Source: Chloroflexota bacterium
GTDB lineage: Bacteria > Chloroflexota > Dehalococcoidia > SM23-28-2 > RBG-16-64-32
Length of the DNA: 64,000 nucleotides
Direction of reading: 5' to 3'
Assembly (NCBI GenBank): GCA_029262695.1
Contig: JAJCYV010000022.1
Location: 49,787 to 113,786 of the forward strand
In this document: positions 56,190-64,000 of the stretch, piece after piece
How positions within the stretch are numbered: position 1 is the stretch's first letter
Layout: every line of letters starts with the position of its first letter
Notes under the pieces: model-generated
Seen by the model: only the letters and a program-made list of their open reading frames with translations
The model's database searches: none
What the model was told of the DNA's origin: nothing
Program-made: the position numbers and the translations under genes

Positions 56190-57025
56190 TCGGAGCCACC
56201 GTCCTCGTCGGCGGCAGGGGGCGCGGGGAAGGCGATGATGGTGCTGTTCAGCCCGAGCGCCTTCTCCAGGTACTTCAACTCAGCGTCGCGCCAGGCCAAC
56301 GGTGCCGGCTCCTGGATGAACCCATCTCGTTTCAGGTCTTCGTCGACGGCGACGTCCTGCTTGAAGGGCTTGCCGTACTCCCCCTCGTGGAAGAGCGAGT
56401 CGAACGGCGCCTTCACGGTCTGGCCGCCGGCCTCCCAGGACTCGGCAGGATAGCCAACGGCCATGAGACACATGGGGATCGCGGTCTCCGGAAGCTTCAG
56501 CAACGACGCGACTTGTTCGAGGCGCGGGCTGCTCATCAGGCAGACGCCGAGCCCCTCGTCGTAGGCCATGAGGAGCGCCTGGCAGACAGCGTTGCCAACG
56601 TCCATGAACGCCAGCGGTGCCACGGCCATCTGCTGCCAGGTGGCGCCGAAGACGGGCCGCAGCATCCGCTCGATGTCGCCCTTGGTCTGCTCGGCGTCGG
56701 TGCCGATGCGCCGGGTGTCGGCCAGGTTGTTGAGGTCCTGAATCCACTTCTCGATCTCATACGCATCAGTGTCGTGGTACCAGAGGATAAAGCAGGGCGC
56801 CGTCTGCATCTGCTGGTAGCCAAGAGGGGGCGTAATCGCCTTGATCAGCGCCTCCGACGCCTCCTCTTTCCAGATGACGATGCCACGCGTGTTGTTCACG
56901 TTGCCCACGCAGGACGAACGGCGCGCCGCCTCCAGCATCTTCTGCACTTTCGCCCTCTCTACCGGACGGAACGGCAGAAAGAAACGGATCGTGCGTCTTC
57001 GGCCAAGTACCTGCTTGAATTCCAT
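56186..57025 (-). CDS. Nitroreductase-family protein
   Basis: N-terminal RRTIRFF FMN-binding motif. 279 aa. Confidence 0.6.
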   Translation of the reverse strand: MEFKQVLGRRRTIRFFLPFRPVERAKVQKMLEAARRSSCVGNVNNTRGIVIWKEEASEALIKAITPPLGYQQMQTAPCFILWYHDTDAYEIEKWIQDLNNLADTRRIGTDAEQTKGDIERMLRPVFGATWQQMAVAPLAFMDVGNAVCQALLMAYDEGLGVCLMSSPRLEQVASLLKLPETAIPMCLMAVGYPAESWEAGGQTVKAPFDSLFHEGEYGKPFKQDVAVDEDLKRDGFIQEPAPLAWRDAELKYLEKALGLNSTIIAFPAPPAADEDGGSE

Positions 57026-57034
57026 GGCTTTCTC

Positions 57035-58267
57035 CTAGCTACTGCGGTCAATGATTCGTCTGGCGCCGTTTAGCGACAGCATGTCGTTCGTGCCGTCCTC
57101 GATCAGCGCGGCGCGTGCGTCACGGAACAGTTTCTCGATTAGCATCCCCTTCGCCAGACCGTAGCCACCGTGCAACTGCAGGGCGTCGCTGGCGACCTCG
57201 AAAGCGGACTGCGTGCAGAAGACCTTCGAGGCGATAGAGTACTCGGGAGCGGGCGGGATTGTGCTTGTGTTGTAGACGAGCGCGGCGCGGGAGAGCCCGC
57301 GAGCAGCCTCGACCTTAATGAACATGTCCATGAGCTTGAGCTGAACGGCCTGGTGCTCGCAGATCGCCTTGCCGCCCTGAACGCGCTCGCGGGCGTAAGA
57401 CAGGCCCTCCTCGAAAGCCGCCCTCGCCAGCCCGGTGAACGTCGCGCCCATGCCTGCGTTGGCGCCCGCAATGATGAAATCCATAATCATCACGTATCCC
57501 TGCGGCACGACGAGTATGTTGGCCGAGGGGATGCACACATCGTCGAAGAAGACTTCGCCCTGGTTGAGCGCGCGCTGGCCCAGCTTGTCCAGCGGCTTTC
57601 CCTTGGTCACGCCGGGCAGATCGAGCGGAACGAAGGCGATGGCGCTGCCCGCCATGCCCTTGCTTCGGTCGACGCCCATATGCACCATGGCGTGCGTAGC
57701 GATCGTGCCGTTGGACACCCAGGACGACTTCTGGCCGCGGATTACCCACTCGTCGCCCTGCTTTTCGGCGAAGACGTCGAATCCTGGGCCTGGCTCGTCG
57801 CCGTTGCCCAGGAATCCTACGTCGGAGCCGTGCTGAGGCTCGGTAATGGCCCAACAGCCGATGAACCGCCCCTCTGTATCCTCGATGAACGGGCGAACGA
57901 AGTTCTCCACGAGCTCCGGGTTGCCGCTACGCGCGGCGAAGCCATACGGCATGGAGGCGGCGCCCATCGAAATCGCGAGGTCGCCGGCCCCCCAGCCCAT
58001 CTCCTCGCTGATGAAGTGCCCGGCCAGGGGAGACAATGCGATGCCGCCGAACTCCTCGGGCATCCCCCGCAGGTGGTAGCCCAGCTCACGGTAGCGCCGG
58101 AACACCTCCCACAGGGGTGAACCGTCGGCTATCACCTCTTCCGGCGTGAGCTGATCAAGCTCGGCCGCCGCCGGCCGCATGATGTCGGCAGCGAAGCGAT
58201 GGACCTGATCCTTAATCGATGAGTCTTCCTCGCTCAGGGTCTTGTTGAGCTCCAGATACGCAGTCAT
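57035..58267 (-). CDS. Acyl-CoA dehydrogenase family protein
   Basis: 410 aa from the MTAYLELNKTLSEE Met at 58267 after a GAGGAG RBS. Track ORF 57035..58465 is over-extended. ACAD domains are present. Confidence 0.75.
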   Translation of the reverse strand: MTAYLELNKTLSEEDSSIKDQVHRFAADIMRPAAAELDQLTPEEVIADGSPLWEVFRRYRELGYHLRGMPEEFGGIALSPLAGHFISEEMGWGAGDLAISMGAASMPYGFAARSGNPELVENFVRPFIEDTEGRFIGCWAITEPQHGSDVGFLGNGDEPGPGFDVFAEKQGDEWVIRGQKSSWVSNGTIATHAMVHMGVDRSKGMAGSAIAFVPLDLPGVTKGKPLDKLGQRALNQGEVFFDDVCIPSANILVVPQGYVMIMDFIIAGANAGMGATFTGLARAAFEEGLSYARERVQGGKAICEHQAVQLKLMDMFIKVEAARGLSRAALVYNTSTIPPAPEYSIASKVFCTQSAFEVASDALQLHGGYGLAKGMLIEKLFRDARAALIEDGTNDMLSLNGARRIIDRSS

Positions 58268-58468
58268 AGGGCGCTCCTCATTACTCGGCCCGCCTTCGTT
58301 CCAGATTCTCTGCCGCGGCAGCATCGAATCCCAATCAGGCATTCGCCAGTAGTGCTTGTGCGGCTTTCCCCCACGAAAGTCGGGGGAAATCACGCCTTGC
58401 CGCCCGACTGACGTGCCGCGAGATGTGGCCAAGAATAGAGTCGATATCCAATTCCCCGGAGGCATACC

Positions 58469-61267
58469 ATGAGCGTAAGTGAGACAACCGGTTCAGACCT
58501 AAGCGCCCAGAGCGCCAACGAAACATCGGAACGCTATCGTAGTCGCTGGCGGTGGGACAAGACGTTCTGGGCCACACACTGCGTCGACTGCTACCCGGGC
58601 AACTGCCCGTACAAGGTCTTCGTCCGCGACGGCAAGGTGATCGCCGAGGAGCAGGCCGCGACGTTCCCCATCATCGACGCCAACGTCCCGGACATGAACC
58701 CGATGGGCTGTCAGAAGGGCGCTGCCTGGAGCCAGATGCTCGAATCGCCTGAACGGGTACTGCACCCGCTCAAGCGCGCGGGCGAGCGCGGCGAGGCGAA
58801 CTGGGAGCAGGTGACGTGGGACAAGGCGCTCACAGAGATCGCCGACCACATGCTCGACGCCATCGAAGAGAACGGTCCGGAGACGATCATCCGGGAAGGC
58901 ACGCCGGGCGAGGGCGGGTTGCTAACGGGGTTCCCGTTCGGCCGCCTGATAGAGATGATTGGCGGGCTAACACCCGATGTGAACGGCGTCATCAACGACT
59001 TCTCGACCGGCATCTACCTCACATACGGGAAGTTCGACCCTGCGAGCAGCATCGACGACTTCTTCTATTCGGACTTCATCATGTACACGCACATGAACCC
59101 CGTGTACACGCAGATACCGGCCTACCACTTCACGGCGGAGGCCAGGTACAAGGGCGCGGAAGTCGTCCTCGTCTCTCCCGACGTTAGCCCCTCACACACG
59201 CACGCTGACTACCACGTGCCAATCAAGCCGGGAACCGATGCGGCACTGGCGCTGGGCATGGCGCAGGTCATCATTGAGGAAGGCCTGTACGAAGCGCCGT
59301 TCGTCAAGGAGCAGACCGATCTGCCGCTGCTCATCCGGCTGGACACACGTGCGTTCCTGCGCGAAAGCGAGATCCGTGAGGGCGGCCGCGACGACCAGTT
59401 CTACGTCTGGGACGGCGTCTCGGACTCGCTGGCGGAAGCGCCGCTATCGACGCTCGACCTCGGGGAGATCGATCCCGTCCTTACGGGGGCGTATACGGTC
59501 GAGCTCGCGGACGGGCAACGCGTTGAGGTGCTGCCGGTCTTCGAGATGCTCAAGGACCGGCTCAAGGACTACACGCCGGAGAAGGCGCAGGCCATGTGCG
59601 ACGTCCACCCCGACACTACGCGCATGCTCGCCCGCAAGATCGCCTCGAAGCGCGGCACTATCTTCTGCGGGGGCACGTCTTTCAAGTACTTCCACTCAGA
59701 CCTGATGGTGCGGGCATATCTCCTGGTGTTGGGCCTCACCGGGAACTGGGGCCGTAAGGGCACAGGCCCCGGTGAGTGGTCCGTCGCCGGATTCGACGGG
59801 CCGTTCATCTACGGGGCGAAGGAGAAGGGCGGCCTGGAGGAGACGCGCCGCATCCTGGAGATGCGTGACGCGGCGGTCAAGATGTTCAAGGACCAGGACC
59901 CGACCCGCACCGAAGAGATGGCCCACATCGAGATGCTGCGGGCGATGGTGCCCCAGATTCCGATGGTCCCACCAGCGTTCTTCTGGTACTACCACTGCGG
60001 CTACAAGGACAACTGGAACCGCAAGGAGTGGAGCGAACCGACGATGCAGCGCGACTTCGACGAGTACTTCAACGAGTCGCTGGAGCGTGGTTGGTGGTCC
60101 GGCCGCCCCGGGCCTGACCTCACGCCCCGCGTGTACTTCGAGGTGGGCGGCAACGTCATGCGCAGGACAAGGGGCGGCCAGAACCAGCTGCTCAACAGCC
60201 TCTGGGCGAACCTGAAGTGCGCCGTCACCGTCGACTGGCGGATGAACACGACCGGTCTGCTTTCCGACTACTTCCTGCCGGTCGCTCAGCACTACGAGAA
60301 GGTCGCGTTCATGTTCCCCACGCCACAACTCATGAACCTGACGTTCTCCGACAAGGCGGTTGAGCCGCCCCCGGACGTCAAGGACGAGGTTGAGATCGGC
60401 GTCCTTCTCGCCGAGAAGATCCAGGAGAGGGCCAAGGCGCGGGGCATCGTCGAGTACGGCGACACGCAGGGCACCGAGCGGAAGCTGGACGACCTCGTCG
60501 ACCGCTACACGAAGGGTGGCGTGTTTCGCGATGGTGAGGCGATCGCCGAGGAGTGGATCGTGGACAGCGCCGAGTCGGGGAACTTCGACAAGGGCTTCAA
60601 CCTCGAGAAACTCAGGGAGAGAGGCTATCAGCGCTTCAAGAGCTGGGGCATGGGCGCGATGTCATACAGCCAGGCGGCCGACATCGAAGAGAACGAGACA
60701 CACACAGCCTTCCGCCACCACGTCGAAAACCAGCTGCCGTATCCGACTCTCACGAGGCGCGCCCAGTTCTACATCGACCACGAATGGTTCCTGGAGGCAG
60801 GGGAGGAGCTGCCCTGTCACAAGGACAACCCACCGCAGGGAGGCGACTACCCGTTCGTGATGACCAGCGGCCACAACCGCTGGAGCGTCCACTCAATGAA
60901 CATCGTGAACCGCGTTCTTCAGGAAACACACCGGGGCAAGCCCAATATAGTGATGAACACGGAAGATGCCGCGCGACTGGGGATTGAGGACGACGAGGAA
61001 GTCGAGATCTCGAACGACATGGGCGTCTTCATCAGCCCGGTGAAGCTCTCGCCCGGAGTAATGCCGGGACAGATCGTGTCCTACAACGGCTGGGAACCGT
61101 ATCAGTACAAGACGTGGAAGGGCGCCTCCGATGTCGAGACGGGCATGGTGAAGTGGCTCCACTTCGCCGGCGGCAGCAGCAGCGGTCATCTGCGATACTG
61201 GCCGATGCAGTGGCAGCCGGTGCCATTCGACCGTGGCATGCGCGTCAACATCTCGAAGCTGGACTGA
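58469..61267 (+). CDS. Cytoplasmic molybdopterin (Mo/W-bisPGD) oxidoreductase, DMSO-reductase superfamily
   Basis: N-terminal FeS domain HCVDCYPGNCPYKVFVRDGKVI...NPMGCQKG (Cys ligands plus the C-x-KG fourth ligand). 932 aa. It has no twin-arginine signal. Confidence 0.65.
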   Translation: MSVSETTGSDLSAQSANETSERYRSRWRWDKTFWATHCVDCYPGNCPYKVFVRDGKVIAEEQAATFPIIDANVPDMNPMGCQKGAAWSQMLESPERVLHPLKRAGERGEANWEQVTWDKALTEIADHMLDAIEENGPETIIREGTPGEGGLLTGFPFGRLIEMIGGLTPDVNGVINDFSTGIYLTYGKFDPASSIDDFFYSDFIMYTHMNPVYTQIPAYHFTAEARYKGAEVVLVSPDVSPSHTHADYHVPIKPGTDAALALGMAQVIIEEGLYEAPFVKEQTDLPLLIRLDTRAFLRESEIREGGRDDQFYVWDGVSDSLAEAPLSTLDLGEIDPVLTGAYTVELADGQRVEVLPVFEMLKDRLKDYTPEKAQAMCDVHPDTTRMLARKIASKRGTIFCGGTSFKYFHSDLMVRAYLLVLGLTGNWGRKGTGPGEWSVAGFDGPFIYGAKEKGGLEETRRILEMRDAAVKMFKDQDPTRTEEMAHIEMLRAMVPQIPMVPPAFFWYYHCGYKDNWNRKEWSEPTMQRDFDEYFNESLERGWWSGRPGPDLTPRVYFEVGGNVMRRTRGGQNQLLNSLWANLKCAVTVDWRMNTTGLLSDYFLPVAQHYEKVAFMFPTPQLMNLTFSDKAVEPPPDVKDEVEIGVLLAEKIQERAKARGIVEYGDTQGTERKLDDLVDRYTKGGVFRDGEAIAEEWIVDSAESGNFDKGFNLEKLRERGYQRFKSWGMGAMSYSQAADIEENETHTAFRHHVENQLPYPTLTRRAQFYIDHEWFLEAGEELPCHKDNPPQGGDYPFVMTSGHNRWSVHSMNIVNRVLQETHRGKPNIVMNTEDAARLGIEDDEEVEISNDMGVFISPVKLSPGVMPGQIVSYNGWEPYQYKTWKGASDVETGMVKWLHFAGGSSSGHLRYWPMQWQPVPFDRGMRVNISKLD

Positions 61268-61344
61268 CCCAGGCCGGCGGAGAGCGTTGCGCCGTCGATC
61301 CGCAAGCATGAGAGCACCGGCCCAGAGCTAGGTGGGGGCGAATC

Positions 61345-62487
61345 ATGATCGGATATACGGACGCGCAGGAAGCGATACGGCGCACGGTCCGCGAGTTCGC
61401 GGGCAAGGAAGTGCGCCCCGGAGCAGCCGAGCGCGACGAAACCGGGACGTTCGACTACGACCTGTACCGCCGCCTGTGCGAACTGGGGCTGGCCGGGATG
61501 CCGTTCCAGGAGGAGTTCGGCGGGGCGGACGCCGACTCGCAGACGTTCTGCCTGGCCATCGAAGAAGTGAGCCGGGCGGACATGTCTCTTGGCCTGACTC
61601 TGTGGGTCGGCATCCAGGGCGCAATTTCGATGACTCACGGCAGCGACGATCAGATATCGGCCTGGCGCGAGCCCTACATCGCCGCCACGATCGCCGGCGA
61701 TGTCGTGAGCGCCGGGGCGATCACAGAGCCCGACGCCGGCTCAGACACGGCGGCGATCAAGACGCGGGCCGAGCAGGCCGGCAACGAGTGGGTCGTCAAC
61801 GGCAACAAGATCTTCATCAGCAACGCGGGCCTGGAGAACTGCGCCTTCGCCATGGTGCTCTGCCGGACGGACGAAGGCTTCGGCATCGTCATCGTGCCGA
61901 CGGGGACACCCGGCTTCACGATGAGCCCGCCGCTCCGCAAGATGGGGCTGCGTTCCTCCGACACGAGGGAGCTTTCGTTCGACGATTGCCGGGTGCCGGA
62001 GCTTAACGTCCTCGGTGGAGCCTCGTTGGGCCGCCAGGCCATCGTCGGTGGAGGGTTCCACATCACGCGGCTCTACCTGGCCTCCCAGGCCGTCGGTGTG
62101 GCCGCGGAGTGTCTCGACCAGTCGCTGGCGCACGCCAGGAGCAGGGTGGCGTTCAAGCGCCCGATCACGCGCTTCCAATACGTACAGGGGATGCTCGTCG
62201 ACATGGCGCTGGAGATCGAGGCCGCGCGGCTGCTTCGCGACAAGGCCTGCGCCCTGCACGACGCAAAGCTGCCATACGCGAAGGAGGCGGCGATGGCCAA
62301 GCTTTTCTGCACGGAGATGGGCAAGCGCGCCGCAGACCACGCGGTGCAGATCTTCGGCGGCATGGGCTACATGGACGAGACCCCCGTCTCCCGCTACTAC
62401 CGGGACATCAGAGCGGCCACGATCGCCGAGGGCACGAGCGAGGTTCAGAAGTACATCATCGCGCGGGAGCTTGGCTGCTTCAGCTAA
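61345..62487 (+). CDS. Acyl-CoA dehydrogenase
   Basis: 380 aa ACAD, ending in ...YRDIRAATIAEGTSEVQKYIIAREL. Confidence 0.85.
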   Translation: MIGYTDAQEAIRRTVREFAGKEVRPGAAERDETGTFDYDLYRRLCELGLAGMPFQEEFGGADADSQTFCLAIEEVSRADMSLGLTLWVGIQGAISMTHGSDDQISAWREPYIAATIAGDVVSAGAITEPDAGSDTAAIKTRAEQAGNEWVVNGNKIFISNAGLENCAFAMVLCRTDEGFGIVIVPTGTPGFTMSPPLRKMGLRSSDTRELSFDDCRVPELNVLGGASLGRQAIVGGGFHITRLYLASQAVGVAAECLDQSLAHARSRVAFKRPITRFQYVQGMLVDMALEIEAARLLRDKACALHDAKLPYAKEAAMAKLFCTEMGKRAADHAVQIFGGMGYMDETPVSRYYRDIRAATIAEGTSEVQKYIIARELGCFS

Positions 62488-62539
62488 CCGATACGACCGG
62501 CCTGGGCCACGCCCGGGCACCAGTTGAGGAGGAGAAAAC

Positions 62540-63421
62540 GTGAAGGAATTCAAGGACAAGACCGCCGTTGTCACCGGCGCGGCCAGTGGCATTGGACGAG
62601 CGCTGGCGGAGAAGTTCGCCTCGGAAGGGATGAAGGTCGTCCTCGCCGATATCGAAGAAGAAGCGCTGGCGAAGGCGGAACGAGAGATGAAGGCAGGCGG
62701 CGCCACCGTGCTCGCCGTGCGGACGGACGTCTCGAAGGGCGCCGACGTGGAGGCGCTGGCGGACAAGGCGTTCGAGACCTTCGGTGGAGTGCACGTCTTG
62801 TGCAACAACGCCGGCGTCGCGCCCGTGATGGGCGCGACCTGGGAGCTGACGGAGGCAGACTGGCAGTGGGTGCTGGGCGTGAACCTGTGGGGCGTCCTTC
62901 ACGGCATCCGTGCCTTCGTGCCGCGCATGATCGCGCAGGATAGCGACGGGCACATCGTCAACGTCTCGTCCGCCGCCGGCCTGGTCTCATTGCCATGGGG
63001 ATCTACGTACACCGTGGCGAAGCACGGCGTCGTCACGCTGTCCGAATCGCTGTACGGGGAACTCGCTCTCGTGGACTCGAAGGTGAAGGCATCTGTGCTC
63101 TGCCCCATCTGGGTGAGCACACGACTCATGGACGCAGAAAGGAACCGGCCGGCCGGCCTGCAGAACCAGGGTGAGACGAAGGCGCGGCCGCAGGCAGTCA
63201 TGATGGACCAGGTCGTCCGAGCGCTCGTGGCAGGCGGCACGGACGCGAGCGTGATCGCGGACATGGTCGTAGACGCGATCCGGGAGGAGCGATTGTACGT
63301 GCTGCCGCATCCGGAGGCGAAGGAGGGGGTGCGCACCCGGATGGAGAACATTCTCAACGAACGCAACCCCTCAACGGATCTGGCGATGCAGCCGACCGGG
63401 GAAACGGTCGAGAGTTCGTGA
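62540..63421 (+). CDS. Short-chain dehydrogenase/reductase (SDR)
   Basis: TGAASGIGRA, NNAG and YTVAKHG (Y-x3-K) motifs. It is paralogous to the SDR at 10441. Confidence 0.85.
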   Translation: MKEFKDKTAVVTGAASGIGRALAEKFASEGMKVVLADIEEEALAKAEREMKAGGATVLAVRTDVSKGADVEALADKAFETFGGVHVLCNNAGVAPVMGATWELTEADWQWVLGVNLWGVLHGIRAFVPRMIAQDSDGHIVNVSSAAGLVSLPWGSTYTVAKHGVVTLSESLYGELALVDSKVKASVLCPIWVSTRLMDAERNRPAGLQNQGETKARPQAVMMDQVVRALVAGGTDASVIADMVVDAIREERLYVLPHPEAKEGVRTRMENILNERNPSTDLAMQPTGETVESS

Positions 63422-63431
63422 GCGCTGGCTG

Positions 63432-64000
63432 ATGGCTGAGAGGCCGGCAAAGCCCGCGCTCGTCTCCGATCCCGCGCTGGCGGACGCCCGCTGGTTCACG
63501 GAGGTGCTTCAGCACGCCGGCGCGCTGGGTGACGCGGTCGTGACCGCGGTCGAGCGGAGGCGAGTCGGAACCGGGCAGGTCGCTCAAAGCGTCGCGTTCT
63601 CGCTTACATACGATGGGCCTGCGTTTGATGCTCCAGCGACCGTCGTCGGCAAGTTTCCTTCACCGGAGCCCCAGAGCCGTGCGGCCGGGATGTCCTTCCG
63701 CTTGTACGAACGCGAGGTCCGCTTCTACGAGACCATCGCCAAGACCGTTGATATCCGCGTCCCTGCCTGCTACTTCGCCGACATAAACGTCGGAACTGGT
63801 GACTTCGTGCTGCTGATGGAGGACCTTCGTCCCGCCGTTCAGGGCGATCAGGTCGCCGGGTGCAGCGTTGATCAGGCGTTGCTGGCGATGCGCGAACTCG
63901 CGGCGCTGCACGCTCCTCGCTGGGGCGATCCCGCTCTGGCGGAGATCGAGTGGCTGGGCCAGTCCGGCGACGCGCAGGGCGTCGACATGATCCAGATGGC
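63432..64000 (+). CDS. Phosphotransferase-family protein (APH/ecdysteroid-kinase-like), 3'-truncated by the window edge
   Basis: ATG 63432 follows the SDR stop. The N-lobe pattern is a beta-strand run, then ...YEREVRFY..., then VPACYFAD and GDFVLLMEDL. The ORF runs off the end of the window. Confidence 0.55.
   Translation, partial: MAERPAKPALVSDPALADARWFTEVLQHAGALGDAVVTAVERRRVGTGQVAQSVAFSLTYDGPAFDAPATVVGKFPSPEPQSRAAGMSFRLYEREVRFYETIAKTVDIRVPACYFADINVGTGDFVLLMEDLRPAVQGDQVAGCSVDQALLAMRELAALHAPRWGDPALAEIEWLGQSGDAQGVDMIQM

Noticed and set aside
1-64000. CRISPR arrays, IS elements/transposases, integrases, rRNA/tRNA genes
   Set aside because: No spacer-repeat periodicity, no DDE or tyrosine/serine recombinase ORFs, and no rRNA-like or cloverleaf-compatible segments were seen on either strand.

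Overview
This 64 kb window is high-GC (about 65-70% by eye), densely coded bacterial chromosomal DNA with no rRNA, tRNA, CRISPR array or transposase. The many antisense ORFs in the track are high-GC artefacts. From left to right I can support:

- **Heme-related block (1-4.7 kb):** hemA, two tandem radical-SAM/SPASM paralogs, a small membrane protein and an HmuY-like protein.
- **Oxidoreductases (4.7-11.3 kb):** GMC oxidoreductase, acyl-CoA dehydrogenase, a TPP enzyme and two SDRs.
- **Orphan HTH gene and long intergenic region (11.3-12.1 kb):** an excisionase-type HTH gene and a structured ~540 bp intergenic region.
- **Signalling and glycolysis (12.1-17.3 kb):** a 1232-aa multi-PAS/GGDEF/EAL protein and pyruvate kinase.
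- **Redox operon (17.6-24.1 kb, minus strand):** Tat-exported 4Fe-4S ferredoxin subunit, NrfD/PsrC-like membrane subunit, a mono-heme cytochrome c and three paralogous secreted DOMON/EB_dh-like proteins, with no catalytic Mo subunit. It faces a NarL/NarX-type two-component system.
- **Thiol-redox run (26.6-31.8 kb):** Nnr epimerase, a Prx-like2 gene whose CxxC cysteine is replaced by an in-frame TGA with a SECIS-like hairpin downstream (selenoprotein candidate), a DUF3179 lipoprotein, patatin, TlpA and CcdA.
- **Second signalling block (31.9-35.7 kb):** two response regulators, a GAF histidine kinase, thioredoxin and a small Zn-ribbon protein.
- **Membrane-paralog operon (36.2-39.4 kb):** three tandem paralogous membrane proteins (five copies of a 2-TM module), a strong terminator, then a di-iron acyl-ACP-desaturase-like gene.
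- **Atu-like cluster (39.6-46.6 kb):** acyl-CoA carboxylase beta and alpha subunits, a TIGR03084-like protein, enoyl-CoA hydratase and an AtuA-family protein.
- **Transporter block (46.6-52.0 kb):** FtsX/ABC transporter with a TetR regulator and palindromic operators, and a CrtI-like oxidoreductase.
- **Catabolic island (52.2-64.0 kb):**
  - Minus-strand operon: SCP-x-type thiolase, DUF35, CoA-transferase A and B subunits, nitroreductase and an acyl-CoA dehydrogenase.
  - Divergent plus-strand unit: a cytoplasmic Mo-bisPGD oxidoreductase, a second acyl-CoA dehydrogenase, an SDR and a partial phosphotransferase.

All family assignments are from motif recognition by eye. No database search was run.
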